DNA from: Alphaproteobacteria bacterium
GTDB lineage: Bacteria; Pseudomonadota; Alphaproteobacteria; UBA828
Length of the DNA: 64,000 nucleotides
Assembly (NCBI GenBank): GCA_963422645.2
Contig: CAXXVO010000002.1
Coordinates: 128,001-192,000, forward strand
Direction of reading: 5' to 3'
The first letter of the stretch is position 1. Every line of letters starts with the position of its first letter. A program made the translations under genes and the position numbers. The notes beneath the pieces are model-generated. The model was not told where the DNA came from, ran no database searches, and was given only the letters and a program-made list of their open reading frames with translations. Below, piece after piece: positions 41,698 through 53,026 of this stretch.

Positions 41698-43185
41698 TCA
41701 CGCCTCCACGCCGTCGAAGAAGCGGTGCAGGGCTTCGCGCGGGCCCCTGGACGATACCTCTTCGAGCTGCCGTGCAAAGGCCTCCGTCCAGGGCTTGCTC
41801 CGGCCGAGGTCGCCAAAGATTTCCGAGAGGCCGAGGAAGGCCATGGGGTCGTTCCGCGCAGCCCGCGCTGCAGAGGTCAATTGATCGCTCCTCAAGTCCT
41901 GGAGCTCGATCCCGGAGTCGGCAGCGGTGGCGCAAAAGCGGCTCCAGAACGCGATCTCAAGCGCCAGCCCTTCGATCGGCGCCCCACACTCGAGGGCATC
42001 CGAGACCGTGGGCAGCACGAACTTCGGCAGCCGGTTCGAGGCATCCTGGCAGAGCCGTGCGACGGTGTCACCGAGCGCAGGGTTCGAGAAGCGCCGGGCA
42101 CAGGTCGTCAGGTAGTCATCGAAGTCGAGGCCGGGAATCGGCGTGAGCACCGGAATGACCTCGCGGCGCATCAACTGCACCATCCAGCGGGCGATGTCCG
42201 CGTCGTCCATGGCGTCGTGAACCGTCTCGTAGCCCAGCAGGGCCGACGGATAGGCGATTGCCGTGTGACTCGCGTTGAGAATGCGGAGCTTCATGGTCTC
42301 GTAGGGCGTCACGTCGTCGACGAATTGCACGCCGACATGCTCCAGCGCCGGGCGGCCCTGGGGAAAGTTGTCCTCGATCACCCACTGCCTGAAGGGCTCG
42401 CAGACGACGGGAGAAGCATCGTCCAGGCCGAAGCGCTCCGCCACCAGCTCGCGCTCGCGTTCCGACGTGGCCGGCGTGATGCAATCGACCATGGAGTTGG
42501 GAAAGGCGACGGTATCGGCAATCCAGTCGTGCAGCTCCCGCGAGACCAGGCCTGCGAGGCCGAGCACGGTCCGGCGGGTGACATCGCCGTTGTGCGGAAC
42601 GTTGTCGCAGGAGAGCACGGTGAAGGGCGCTATCGCTCGTGCCCGGCGCTCTTCGAGAGCCGCGAGCAGTACGCCGAACACGGTCTGCGGATCGCCGGGA
42701 TGCTGGGCGTCATGGCGGATTTCCGGGTGTCCGGCATCGAAACCGCCGGTCGTCGCGTCGATGAAGTATCCGCCCTCGGTAATTGTCAGCGAGACGATGC
42801 GGATCGCCGGGTCGGCAAGGCGGGCGACGATCGCCTCTGCGCGCACTTCGCAGAAATCGACCATCGAGCCGACGACCCGCGCCGAGGACCCCTCCGCGCT
42901 CAGGTCGACCACCGTCGTCAGCCAGTCCTGCGCGGCCAGCCGGCGCCTTTGCGCGGCGTCGAAGGACCTGATCCCGGCACCGACAACCGCCCAGTCGAGA
43001 TCGCGGCCCTGCTCGAAGAGCCTGTCCAGGTAGAGCATCTGGTGGGAACGATGGAAGTTGCCGACGCCGATGTGGAGGATGCCCGGGCTCAGCGAAGAGC
43101 GCGCGTAGCGCGGGCCGGCGACGTGACCCGGCATCCGGTCGAGATTGGCGAGGGAGAGTTTCACGGGGTTGACCGGTCGATTCAT
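41698..43185 (-). CDS. mtlK: Mannitol 2-dehydrogenase
   Basis: HIGVGNFHRSHQ, TITEGGY, SCDN, NSMVDCITP, KLRILNASH. Confidence 0.88.
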   Translation of the reverse strand: MNRPVNPVKLSLANLDRMPGHVAGPRYARSSLSPGILHIGVGNFHRSHQMLYLDRLFEQGRDLDWAVVGAGIRSFDAAQRRRLAAQDWLTTVVDLSAEGSSARVVGSMVDFCEVRAEAIVARLADPAIRIVSLTITEGGYFIDATTGGFDAGHPEIRHDAQHPGDPQTVFGVLLAALEERRARAIAPFTVLSCDNVPHNGDVTRRTVLGLAGLVSRELHDWIADTVAFPNSMVDCITPATSERERELVAERFGLDDASPVVCEPFRQWVIEDNFPQGRPALEHVGVQFVDDVTPYETMKLRILNASHTAIAYPSALLGYETVHDAMDDADIARWMVQLMRREVIPVLTPIPGLDFDDYLTTCARRFSNPALGDTVARLCQDASNRLPKFVLPTVSDALECGAPIEGLALEIAFWSRFCATAADSGIELQDLRSDQLTSAARAARNDPMAFLGLSEIFGDLGRSKPWTEAFARQLEEVSSRGPREALHRFFDGVEA

Positions 43186-43258
43186 TCTTATTGTCCGCGA
43201 CGCTGAGTGTGAGTGACGCGGCACGCCGCGCACCAGAAGATGAGTGAGGCCCTTCCGC

Positions 43259-43471
43259 TCAGGCCCTGCGGCTTGAACGGCCTCGTCTTGGCGACCCGTC
43301 GGCGAGGCGCCGGGAGGGCCCACGTCGTTCATCAGTTCGAGGTAAACGTTTAGCCTGTCTGACCACGCCCAGCTTTTGGGCGATCTCGTCCTGGGTGTTG
43401 CCCGCGACGTAGTAAAGCCATCCGGCCCGGGCCGCGTCGTCCAGACGGTTGCCGCCCTTGGTCCTGGCCAT
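43259..43471 (-). pseudogene. SorC/SmoC-family regulator, N-terminal HTH only
   Basis: LDDAARAGWLYYVAGNTQDEIAQKLGV, then homology is lost. Confidence 0.7.
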
Positions 43472-43608
43472 GCTCGCCCTGTCACGCCTTCAGTTCAGGC
43501 GCCAATACGTAAAACCGCGCCCATATCAGGATCTGGGTGGAGAAATACGAGGCCGGCACCTTCAACGAAACGGCCTACAACGGGTCGCAGGTTTGCGCCG
43601 CAAGATTG

Positions 43609-44604
43609 TTACACGGGTGTGAATTGAATCTTCAGGCTTCCGGCTGGTGCGCCTTCGGCAAAGACCCGGGCGACCTCCTCGAGCGAAAGTTTGTGGGATA
43701 TTAGCCGATCCGCTTCGCCTCCGAATGCGCGCAACGCTGCAAGGGCGTCGGGGATGTTGTGGTTGAGCGAGTGCGATCCGACAATCGTGATCTGCCGACG
43801 GAAGAGCTCGAAAGGGCTTAGCTCAATCCTGGCGTCGGAGGGGCAGACGCCAAATAAGAGTCCCGTGCCGCCATCGGCAATGTAGCGAATGAGGCCGCCG
43901 GCAACTTCGGGCACACCTGTCGCATCAATCACCAGATCGGCCTCGCGCTCCCAGGACGGCAGTTCCGGGCTGCCATTGCCGAAGGCGTGGAATCCGAACT
44001 CCTTTGCGAACTCCACACGAGCCTCGTCGATTTCCACAAAGGTGACGTCCGGGACGCCGCTGATTCTCAAACCGACGCCTAGCAACAGCCCCATGGAACC
44101 TGCACCGAAGATCAGTGCGTTTCGGGCTTGATCTGCCTGCGCGGCACCCAGTCCGTTGAGCGCGCAGCCGAGCGGTTCGGCCAGCGCGGCGATGGCATAG
44201 GGCATGGTGCCGATGGGATGTACGGCTGAGGTATGCACGAGGCTTCGCTCGGCTAATCCCCCGTTCCGTGTGACCCCATAGGCGCCAAGCGCCTCACAGA
44301 GATGCGCCCAGCCCCTCCGACAGGCGCGGCAGGTGCCGCATTCGACATTCGGGTCGACCACCACGCGGTCGACCACTTGCAGGCCCTCGACCTCCGGACC
44401 CAGCCCAACGACGGCGCCGGCATATTCATGCCCGGGAACGACCGGAAACGCCGACGTACCATAGTTGCCGTGCATAACCTCGATATCTGTGTGACAGATT
44501 CCGCTTGCACGAACTTCGACGACAACTTCGCCGGGGCCGGGGCGCGGCTCCGGGAGAGCGGTGGCTTCCACCGCGTTTCGGGACGGAATTACGATTGCCC
44601 GCAT
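43609..44604 (-). CDS. Zinc-dependent polyol dehydrogenase
   Basis: GICHTD, GHEYAG, CGTCRAC..C, EPLGC, GAGSMG. Confidence 0.88.
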   Translation of the reverse strand: MRAIVIPSRNAVEATALPEPRPGPGEVVVEVRASGICHTDIEVMHGNYGTSAFPVVPGHEYAGAVVGLGPEVEGLQVVDRVVVDPNVECGTCRACRRGWAHLCEALGAYGVTRNGGLAERSLVHTSAVHPIGTMPYAIAALAEPLGCALNGLGAAQADQARNALIFGAGSMGLLLGVGLRISGVPDVTFVEIDEARVEFAKEFGFHAFGNGSPELPSWEREADLVIDATGVPEVAGGLIRYIADGGTGLLFGVCPSDARIELSPFELFRRQITIVGSHSLNHNIPDALAALRAFGGEADRLISHKLSLEEVARVFAEGAPAGSLKIQFTPV

Positions 44605-44611
44605 GGCCGGA

Positions 44612-44923
44612 TTACCCTCCTAGATAGGCGCGCATGGCACCGAAGGCAGTGCGCGGCGTGTTCGGGTTTACAACATCGTGCAGGATGGCCGGGTAGACTG
44701 CGACGAAGCCCTGGGTCGCGGGTGCCACGTCGTATTCTCCCCCGGTGACGGTGAGGGCCATGATCCGGATTGCCGGATCGGCCATCTGTTCGATCAGCGC
44801 TGCATTTTGTGCTTCGACCGGGACCTGGTCAATTGTTAGACCGACGATTGGAGTAGGCCCCTGGGGTCGGACAGACAGCTGACGGCGCATGCGCTTGGAC
44901 AGCTTCACTGGCATCGCTGTCAA
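44612..44923 (-). pseudogene. Eroded second mannitol dehydrogenase remnant
   Basis: MPVKLS... then MADPAIRIMALTVTGGEY...HDVVNPNTPRTAFGA, paralogous to mtlK. Confidence 0.65.
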
Positions 44924-45690
44924 CTCATGTAGTTTCCGCCATCGACGTTAAGCGTTTGCGCGGTGATGTAGCGCGCGTCGTTGGAGGCGAGAAAGACGCA
45001 AGGATCTGCGACATCCGCGGGTACGCCCATCCGGCCGAGCGGCACGGCCTCGCCCACTTCCCGTTTCTTCTGACCTATGGGCTTGCGTTCGAAGGCCGCG
45101 AATTGTGCGTCGACCACGTCCCACATCGGCGTGTCGATCACACCCGGCGCTACGGCGTTGACGCGGATATTGTCCCTTGCGAACTCCAGCGCCAGCGACT
45201 GGGTAATGGAGATCACGGCCGCCTTGGTCGAACAATAGATCGTGACGTTCGCCTCGCCTCGCCTTCCCGCCTGGCTCGCGAAGTTTATGATCGCGCCCCC
45301 GCCGCGTTCTCTCATTCCCGGCGCCACTGCCTGGCTCGCGAAGATCGTGCCGCCGACGTTTACGTCGAACTGGCGGCGGTAGTCCTCCAGTGTCACCAGG
45401 CCGATCGGAGCCATCTTGAAAATGCCGGCGTTGTTGACGAGGATGTCGATCCCGCCCCAATGCTCTTCCGCCGCCTTGACGCCCCTGCGGATGGCATCGA
45501 GATCGGTCACATCCATGGCAACCGCCATGCCGTTGTCGCCGAGCGCGTCTGCCGTCTGAACCGCTTCTGCTTCCAGAAGATCCGCGACCACAACCCTGGC
45601 ACCTTCGTCGGCGTAGGCTTCGCAGACCGCACGCCCGATACCGCGGGCGCCACCGGTTACGAGGGCGACCTTTCCTTCAAGCCGTTTCAT
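44920..45690 (-). CDS. smoS: Sorbitol (L-iditol) dehydrogenase, SDR
   Basis: [31 protein letters not shown]; position after the ABC genes. Confidence 0.82.
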   Translation of the reverse strand: MKRLEGKVALVTGGARGIGRAVCEAYADEGARVVVADLLEAEAVQTADALGDNGMAVAMDVTDLDAIRRGVKAAEEHWGGIDILVNNAGIFKMAPIGLVTLEDYRRQFDVNVGGTIFASQAVAPGMRERGGGAIINFASQAGRRGEANVTIYCSTKAAVISITQSLALEFARDNIRVNAVAPGVIDTPMWDVVDAQFAAFERKPIGQKKREVGEAVPLGRMGVPADVADPCVFLASNDARYITAQTLNVDGGNYMS

Positions 45691-46691
45691 GAGATGCGTA
45701 GGCCCCTTTCGTCGAAGCGATGCAGGTGGTCCAGGTTCGGAGTGAGATGAATGGTATCACCGTAGTGCAGGTCGATTTCCCCGCCTGCGCGGACGGTCAA
45801 CGGTTGCGATAGGTCCTTCACGACGACGTGGAAGAATGTATCGCTGCCCAGATGCTCGGACACGCCGACCGTGCCGGTCCACGTGCCGCTGTTGCTGGTG
45901 ACGTCGACATGCTCTGGCCGGATGCCCACGGTGTGAGCATCATGCCTGGCGGCCTCGGGTCCCTCGATGAAGTTCATCTTGGGGCTGCCGATGAAGCCCG
46001 CAACAAAGGTGTTCTGCGGACTTCGATAGAGTTCGAGGGGAGTTCCCACCTGTTCGATTACGCCCAGCTGCAGCACGACGATTTTGTCAGCCATGGTCAT
46101 GGCTTCGACCTGGTCGTGTGTGACGTACACCATGGTCGTCTTGAGCCGCGCGTGAAGTTCGCTGATTTCGAGCCGCATGCCCACGCGGAGCGCCGCATCC
46201 AGGTTCGACAGCGGTTCGTCGAAGAGAAAGGCTGCCGGCTCCCGCACGATGGCGCGGCCAATGGCGACGCGCTGGCGCTGGCCGCCGGAAAGCTGGCGCG
46301 GGCGCCTGTCGAGAAACTCGGTGAGATTGAGCACGCGCGCCGCCTCCTGGACGAGGCGCTCCTGCTGGTCCTTCGGGACGCCTGCCATTTTCATCGGGAA
46401 GGCGATGTTCTTGCGGACCGACATGTGCGGATAAAGTGCGTAGGACTGGAACACCATTGCCAGGCCGCGCTTTGCAGGCGGTATGGCGGTTGCGTCGCTG
46501 CCATCGATGACTATTGACCCGGAGGTCACGTCCTCGAGGCCCGCGATCAACCGCAGCAGGGTGGACTTCCCGCAACCCGAAGGTCCGACGAACACCACGA
46601 ATTCGCCGTCGTCGACGTCGAGATCCAGCGGCGGGATAACCTCGACGTTGCCGAAGGACTTGCTGACCTGCTTCAGCTGTATGCGTCCCAT
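45687..46691 (-). CDS. smoK: Polyol ABC transporter ATP-binding protein
   Basis: [23 protein letters not shown]. Confidence 0.88.
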   Translation of the reverse strand: MGRIQLKQVSKSFGNVEVIPPLDLDVDDGEFVVFVGPSGCGKSTLLRLIAGLEDVTSGSIVIDGSDATAIPPAKRGLAMVFQSYALYPHMSVRKNIAFPMKMAGVPKDQQERLVQEAARVLNLTEFLDRRPRQLSGGQRQRVAIGRAIVREPAAFLFDEPLSNLDAALRVGMRLEISELHARLKTTMVYVTHDQVEAMTMADKIVVLQLGVIEQVGTPLELYRSPQNTFVAGFIGSPKMNFIEGPEAARHDAHTVGIRPEHVDVTSNSGTWTGTVGVSEHLGSDTFFHVVVKDLSQPLTVRAGGEIDLHYGDTIHLTPNLDHLHRFDERGLRIS

Positions 46692-46701
46692 CGCCCCTTC
46701 C

Positions 46702-47535
46702 TCACTTTACCGCACCGAAGGTCAAGCCGCGCACGAGTTGCTTCTGGCTGAACCAGCCCAGAACGAGAATTGGCGCAATTGCCATCACGCTGGCAGCACT
46801 CAGCTTGGCATAGAACAGGCCCTCGGGGCTCGAATAGCTGGCGATGAATGCCGTGAGCGGGGCGGCCTTGGCCGATGTCAGGTTCAGGGTCCAGAATGCT
46901 TCGTTCCAGGCAAGGATGATGTTCAGAAGCACCGTTGAAGCTATTCCCGGGACGGCCATTGGCGTGAGGACATGGACGATCTCCTTGCGCGGGGATGCCC
47001 CGTCCATTCTGGCCGCTTCGAGAATTTCGCCCGGTATCTCGCGGAAATACGTGAAGAGCATCCAGATTATGATCGGAAGGTTAATCATCATTAACACGAA
47101 GACCAGTCCGATCCGGCTGTCCAGGATTCCCAGATCGCGGAAGATGAGATAGATCGGAACCAGCACGCCCACCGGCGGCAGCATCTTGGTCGACAGCATC
47201 CACATCAGAACGTGCTTGGTGCGCTTCGTGGGGACGAATGCCATCGACCAGGCCGCAGGGATCGCGATCAGAAGACCGAGCAGGGTCGATCCGAACGCAA
47301 TGATGACGGAGTTCGAAAAGTGTTTCGGATAGTCGGATCGTGCCTGTACGGCGCCGTAGCTCTCGGCGGTCCAGCCAGTGTTGAACAGCACCTCCAGCGG
47401 GGCCTTGATTGCATCGCCTTCTGACTTGAACGACAGGATCACGATCCAGAGCACCGGGAAGAACATCAGCAAGCCAAGCGTGCCGGCGACCAGTGTGGTG
47501 ATGGTCTTGCGGGATGTCGTGACGGAGCGTGCCAT
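46702..47535 (-). CDS. smoG: Polyol ABC transporter permease
   Basis: EAARMDGA motif, [11 protein letters not shown]. Confidence 0.88.
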   Translation of the reverse strand: MARSVTTSRKTITTLVAGTLGLLMFFPVLWIVILSFKSEGDAIKAPLEVLFNTGWTAESYGAVQARSDYPKHFSNSVIIAFGSTLLGLLIAIPAAWSMAFVPTKRTKHVLMWMLSTKMLPPVGVLVPIYLIFRDLGILDSRIGLVFVLMMINLPIIIWMLFTYFREIPGEILEAARMDGASPRKEIVHVLTPMAVPGIASTVLLNIILAWNEAFWTLNLTSAKAAPLTAFIASYSSPEGLFYAKLSAASVMAIAPILVLGWFSQKQLVRGLTFGAVK

Positions 47536-47545
47536 GGTGTCCTCT

Positions 47546-48418
47546 TCACGCGTCCAGGTTCTTGCCGATCATGCGCATCAGGAAGATCGCGACGATATTG
47601 GCGAGGATGATGGCAATCACGCCGCCGGCGCTGCCCATACCGACGTCGAACTGCAGCAGTGACGAGACATAGATCAGGTAGGTCAGGTTGGTCGTCGCCG
47701 TGCCAGGGCCGCCGTTGGTCGTCACGAGGATCTCGGCAAAGATCGACAAAAGGAAGATCGTCTGGATCAGGATGACCACCGTGATTGCCCGAGCCAGGTG
47801 CGGCAGCATGATGTAGATGAACCTCGAGAACCACGCGGCACCGTCCATCTCGGCGGCTTCGAGCTGATCCTGGTCAAGCGATTGCAGGGCGGTCAGCAGG
47901 ATCAGCGTGGCGAATGGCAGCCACTGCCAGGATACGATGAAGATGATCGACAGGAGCGGAATCTCACCGAAGAACGAGAGCGGCTCCATGCCCAAGCCCT
48001 GCGCAAGATGCCCGAAGATCCCGTTGACCGGGTTCATGAACATGTTCTTCCAGACCAGGCCGGACACCGTGGGCATGACGAAGAAGGGCGCGATGACCAA
48101 GATCCGAATAACACCCTGGCCCCACATCGGCTGATTGAGCAGGAGGGCCATCATCGTTCCGCCGATCACGGTAATCAGCAGCACGCCGCCGACCAACAAG
48201 AGCGTGTTGATCATTGCCGCCTTGAAGCTCGGGTCGGTCACAAACCAATAATAGTTTTCCCATCCGATAAAGGGATTGGTTCCTGGCGTGATCAGGTTGT
48301 AGCGGAGAAAGGAGAAATAGAGGGTCAGGCCCAGCGGAACCAGCATCCATCCCAGCAGCAGCACGACGGCAGGCGAAATCATCAGCCTGGCATCGGCGCG
48401 GGAAGCTTTGGTTGCCAT
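47546..48418 (-). CDS. smoF: Polyol ABC transporter permease
   Basis: EAAEMDGA, TNGGPG. Confidence 0.88.
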   Translation of the reverse strand: MATKASRADARLMISPAVVLLLGWMLVPLGLTLYFSFLRYNLITPGTNPFIGWENYYWFVTDPSFKAAMINTLLLVGGVLLITVIGGTMMALLLNQPMWGQGVIRILVIAPFFVMPTVSGLVWKNMFMNPVNGIFGHLAQGLGMEPLSFFGEIPLLSIIFIVSWQWLPFATLILLTALQSLDQDQLEAAEMDGAAWFSRFIYIMLPHLARAITVVILIQTIFLLSIFAEILVTTNGGPGTATTNLTYLIYVSSLLQFDVGMGSAGGVIAIILANIVAIFLMRMIGKNLDA

Positions 48419-48551
48419 GCGGACCTCCCCGAAACTCGACTGCATAACGCGTCAAAGCGGCAAGGACCAGTTCGCAGTCCTTGCCGCAGCACTCACACAA
48501 CCGAAAAAGATACGTGCCGGTCCGTCCGGACCGGCACGTGTAGGGAGGCGG

Positions 48552-49862
48552 CTACTCGATGTAACCGGCCTTGGTCATTTCGCGGACTGCAAACTGCTGG
48601 CCGTTGGCCAGGGCCTCGTCGACAGACTGCTGGCCCGCGAGCGCAGCCGCGACTTGCTGTCCGACATAGTTGCCGATGCCCTGGAATTCCGGGATCGCGA
48701 CAAACTGTACGCCGGTATAGGGCACCGGGTCCCTGGTTGCATCGGCCGGGTTGGCCGCGAGAATCGAGTTCAGCACGGTCTCGGCAAAGGGCGCGGCCTC
48801 GATGTATGCCGGGTTGGCGTAAGTCGAGGCACGGGTGCCCGGAGGCGCCGCAACCCAGCCCTTGGTCTCGCCGACGAGCGTCACGTATTCCTGGCTCGTC
48901 GACCAGGCGAGGAACGCCTTGGCCGCATCGACCTGCTTCGAGCTTGCCGGGATCGCCAGCGCCCAGGCCCAGAACCAGCCTGTGCCCTTGTCGGTCACCT
49001 GCTTCGGTGCCTGGAAGAAACCGGTCGTGTCGGAGACAGACGATTCAGCCGGATTGTAGATGTAGCCGGCAGCCGAGGTTGCGTCGACCCAGGTGGCGCA
49101 CTTGCCGTCGGCAAAGAGCGCACGGTTTTCGTTGTGACCGTTGGATTCCGCACCCGGAGGACCGTAGTTGTGCATCAGGTCCACATAGTAGGTGAGCGCA
49201 GCCTTCCACTCGGGGCTGTCGATCGTCGGGTTCCATTCCATGTCGAACCAACGCCCGCCGAAGGCGTTCACCAGCGGACCGACAAAGGCCATGTTCTCGC
49301 CCCAGCCGGCCTTGCCGCGCTGGCAGGTCCCGAAGACACCGTTGTCCGGATCATGCACCTTGGCCACGATCTCGGTCAACTCGTCGTAGGTGATCTGCTC
49401 GCTGGGGGCCTCGATGCCGGCCTGCTCGAACAGGTCCGTGCGATAGAAGGTAAACGAGCTTTCCGCATAGAAGGGGACCGCGTAGAGCTTGCCGTTGGCC
49501 GAAAGCCCATTGCGGACAGGCTCGAAGATGTCGTCATAATTGTATGCGTCGCCCAGGTCGTCGAGTGGCTCCAGCCAGTCCTGCGCACCCCAGATCGGAG
49601 CCTCATAGGCACCGATGGTGATGACGTCGAACGACCCGCCGCCGGTCGCAATGTCGGTCGTGACGCGCTGGCGCAGCACGTTTTCCTCGAGCACGACCCA
49701 GTTCAGCGTGTGTCCGCTGGCCTCTTCGAACTGCGATGACAACTCCTGCATGATGATCATGTCCGAGTTGTTCACCGTGGCAATCGTCAACTCAGCCGCG
49801 CTCGCAGCTGTGGTGGCCGCCACCAGAGCAGTCGCGCCAACCAATGCGCTTGCAAGTTTCAT
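48552..49862 (-). CDS. smoE: Sorbitol/mannitol ABC substrate-binding protein
   Basis: Signal peptide, LTIATVNN, LEENVLRQRVTTDI, VPYTGVQFVAIPEF. Confidence 0.88.
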   Translation of the reverse strand: MKLASALVGATALVAATTAASAAELTIATVNNSDMIIMQELSSQFEEASGHTLNWVVLEENVLRQRVTTDIATGGGSFDVITIGAYEAPIWGAQDWLEPLDDLGDAYNYDDIFEPVRNGLSANGKLYAVPFYAESSFTFYRTDLFEQAGIEAPSEQITYDELTEIVAKVHDPDNGVFGTCQRGKAGWGENMAFVGPLVNAFGGRWFDMEWNPTIDSPEWKAALTYYVDLMHNYGPPGAESNGHNENRALFADGKCATWVDATSAAGYIYNPAESSVSDTTGFFQAPKQVTDKGTGWFWAWALAIPASSKQVDAAKAFLAWSTSQEYVTLVGETKGWVAAPPGTRASTYANPAYIEAAPFAETVLNSILAANPADATRDPVPYTGVQFVAIPEFQGIGNYVGQQVAAALAGQQSVDEALANGQQFAVREMTKAGYIE

Positions 49863-49976
49863 CACAGGTTCCTCCCTGTTAGCTTCGTGGATGCAGCGGA
49901 GGCACCTAACGCCATCCTCAATGTCGAGTCAACCAAATACTTTACGCACGGAAACTTTCGCGACGACATGGCTCGG

Positions 49977-51002
49977 TCAGGCCGACAATCTGAGCACCAG
50001 GCTGCCTTCGAAGAGCTCCTCCGGGCGCTCGCCGGCGGGCTCGGCACCGTCGATGAGTTCAAACAGGATCTCGACGCTGCGCTCGGCTATCGCCTTGTAA
50101 TCCTGGGAGACCGTCGTGAGGGGTGGACAGGTGAACTGCGACCAGGGATGATCGTCGTGCCCGGCGACCCGGAGCGCGCATCCCGGCCCATGCCCGACGC
50201 GTAGCCCTTTCTGGTAGGCCGCCGCGATCAGGCCGATTGCCAGACGGTCGTTGCTGCACAGCACCGTGTCCGTGGGAAGCGCGCGCTCCTCGATCAGGCG
50301 CATGCCTTCTTCATACCCGATTTGCTCGAACTCCCAGTCACCACCCGCCACCCGTATGACTCTGGGGTCGAGACCCAGGCGCTCCATGGCCTGGACATAG
50401 GCATCCCGGCGCTTGTTCGCGTTCGGGTTGACCGGCGGCATCTCGAGAAAGCAGGGCGGCTCTCCGGTGCGGCTGAGATATTGCACGATCAAGGGAATGC
50501 TTTGGAAGTTGTTCGTTCCCACGAAAGCCTTGCCCACCTCTAGGTTGCTGTCGAAGACGACCGTCGGCACCTCTTCAGTAAAACGTTGCACGCCCTCGAG
50601 ATCAGAGCTTCGCCCAAGCGGCGCGATCAGGGCACCAGCCGGGCGCAGTGACTGCAACGTGGCAAGCGCGTTGTTCTCCAGATTCTTCTGGCCGTGTGCG
50701 CTGAACACGATCGGCCAGTAGCCCGCACTCATGCACTGCCGCTCGATCAGGCGGACGATTTCGGCAAAGAAGGGATCCGCGAGATAAGGCACCAGGATTC
50801 CGATTGTCTTCGTAAGCTTCCGGTTCTGGTTGATTGCAAAGATGTTCGGCCGGTAATCGTACTTCACCAGGGCGCTCTCGATCCGGGCGCGAGTCGATTC
50901 CCGTACGCTCTCAGGATCGTGGAAGTACTTCGATATCGTCGGGCGCGAAATGCCGCTGACCTCGGCGAACTCCCCCATGTTCCTGATCTTCCTGACAGAC
51001 AT
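49977..51002 (-). CDS. LacI family transcriptional regulator
   Basis: N-terminal HTH (GISRPTISKY), PPLTTVSQ. Confidence 0.9.
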   Translation of the reverse strand: MSVRKIRNMGEFAEVSGISRPTISKYFHDPESVRESTRARIESALVKYDYRPNIFAINQNRKLTKTIGILVPYLADPFFAEIVRLIERQCMSAGYWPIVFSAHGQKNLENNALATLQSLRPAGALIAPLGRSSDLEGVQRFTEEVPTVVFDSNLEVGKAFVGTNNFQSIPLIVQYLSRTGEPPCFLEMPPVNPNANKRRDAYVQAMERLGLDPRVIRVAGGDWEFEQIGYEEGMRLIEERALPTDTVLCSNDRLAIGLIAAAYQKGLRVGHGPGCALRVAGHDDHPWSQFTCPPLTTVSQDYKAIAERSVEILFELIDGAEPAGERPEELFEGSLVLRLSA

Positions 51003-51235
51003 TCGTCCCCATCCCTGCTAGTGCCGCGAGGTTGCCGGATCACCGATACTGGAAGGGTTTCACTTATGGCAATTCTTTACGCGCGGCATTTTCTACATTG
51101 ACAGTAGTGCCTCGATTGGGCGACGGTCAACAAGATGTTGCAATTGCCGTGTCGCGCTTGTCAGGGACGGGCGCAAACCGTGGATCGGAATCCCGGGCTG
51201 CTCGTGTCCGGGGAGCGGGACCGGTCGGGGAATAG

Positions 51236-51306
51236 ATGAAGAAGGTTGTCGTAATCGGAGAAATCCTCGTCGAGATCATGGCCGACACGGCTGGCGATGG
51301 ATTCCT
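51236..51306 (+). pseudogene. PfkB sugar kinase 5' stub
   Basis: MKKVVVIGEILVEIMA, cut by GTAAC at 51307. Confidence 0.6.
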
Positions 51307-52513
51307 GTAACTGCCCAGGTCGTCTGATTTGTCATTTTGGGCCAGTGGATTGAGGCGTTTCTCGTTCGGAGTTGGTGGAAAGGGCTTGACGGGAATTTCG
51401 GGAAATGACTCAACAACGACATGAGCAATCCCGAGTCGCCGCGCGGCCCTTCGACGGGAGCAGCGCCCGAAACGCCCGCGCAGAAGATCGCCCGCCTGGA
51501 GGAGGAGAACGCCCGGCTTCGGGAGGAAAATGCCTGGCTTCGGCAGCAGAACGCGCGGCTGGAAGAGCAAGTCGCGCGTCTCGTCGAGCGCATCGAGGAG
51601 TTGGAGCGCCGTCTCGGCCTCAACAGCGGCAACAGCGGCAAGCCGCCTTCGAGCGATGGGCTGAGGAAGCCGAATTCGAAGCGGCGAACCCGAAGCCTGC
51701 GCGGCAAATCGGGCCGCAAGCCCGGTGGCCAGCCCGGCCACAAGGGCAAGACGCTGCGCCGCGCCGATCACCCGGATCGGGTGAAGGATCACGTCCCGGC
51801 TTCCTGCAAGGGATGCGGTTCGCCGCTTTCGGACGCGGCCAGGGCGGGAACGCCCGTCGCCCGCCAGGTGTTCGATCTGCCCGAGCCGAGCCCCCTGGAG
51901 GTGACCGAGCACCGGGCGCATGCCAAGTGCTGCGGGCATTGCGGGACGGTGACCCGGGCGGCGTTCCCCGACGGGGTGTCGGCGCCGGTGCAGTACGGCC
52001 CGCGCATTGCCGGGGTGGCGGTCTACCTTCAGCACGCTCACTTCCTGCCGGAGGATCGGCTGTCGCAGGTGATGGCCGAGCTCTTCGGCGCGCCGGTGAC
52101 GGCTGCGACGTTGGCGACGATGAGCGAGAGGGCGGCCGAGCGGCTTGCGGGACGCGGCCTTGCACATACAGGACCTGGCGGCGGGCACGGCGCGGGTGAA
52201 ACACATGGACGAGACCGGCTTGCGGATCGGCGGTCAGACGCAGTGGCTTCATGTGATCTGCACGCCGCTGCTGGCGGCGTACCGGGTCAGCGGCAAGCGC
52301 GGCGCCCTGCTCTCGGGTGTCTCCGGCATCGTCGTGCACGATCACTGGAAGCCGTACTTCGCGATGGAAGGGGTGGAGCACGGCCTGTGCAACGCCCATC
52401 ACCTGCGGGAGTTGCAGGCGCTGGTGGACATCGAAGGGGAGGCTTGGGCCCGGCGGATGCAGCAGCTCCTGCGCCGAGCCAATCGCGCCGCCCGCATCGC
52501 GCTGGACAAGGAT
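51307..52513 (+). mobile_element. IS66-type element without MTase; transposase (from 51421) frameshifted near 52145 and truncated
   Basis: GTAACTGCCCAGGT end; SGKPPSSDG, GGQPGHKG, HMDETG, CNAHHLREL. Confidence 0.85.
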
Positions 52514-52585
52514 CAGACTTCCTGACCTCTGCTGATTTTAGGTGACACGAGCCGCGCGGATTCCGAGGCCCCGTCGATGTCGTAG
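52514..52585 (-). mobile_element. Solo right end of the 28614-31125 IS
   Basis: 72 bp identical (reverse complement) to 31054-31125. Confidence 0.85.
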
Positions 52586-52618
52586 CTCAAGGTGGTCCAA
52601 GGTGGCTCAAGGTGGTCC
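52586..52618. repeat. 10-bp tandem repeat x3
   Basis: ctcaaggtgg tccaaggtgg ctcaaggtgg tcc. Confidence 0.65.
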
Positions 52619-52801
52619 GCAGCGGGCGGTTCATAGTGGCTCATGGCGAGCCAAGGCGGCGCCTCGCAGGGGTGTGGCGCTCCTGCCGCTCCGCCGGTTC
52701 TGCGTCCGCATGGTGAATTCCCTCTTCCCAATAGGCCTGGAGCGCGGCTTCTCCCTCCACCGCCGCCGTCCGCTCTCCCCAATAGCCTTCGACGGCGGCG
52801 C

Positions 52802-52830
52802 GGATGGCCGCAACAAGTGCGGCCATGACG
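52802..52830. repeat. Alphaproteobacterial REP-like palindrome
   Basis: GGATGGCCGCA-ACAAG-TGCGGCCATGACG. Confidence 0.5.
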
Positions 52831-53026
52831 TCATGGTGGTGGCTTCGCTTGCCGCCCACGCAGACTGCTCCCATGCCTCGCCCGACACTGAACCGAGGCC
52901 CACGGTGGAAGGGCGCGGCGCTTCTGAGGCCAGGAAGCACCTACCCCGGCTGCTCCACCTTGCGCTTGACCGGCAACCGGGGCGGGCGTAACCCGTTGTC
53001 AGCAAACGGCGAGGCTCGGGAGCATC

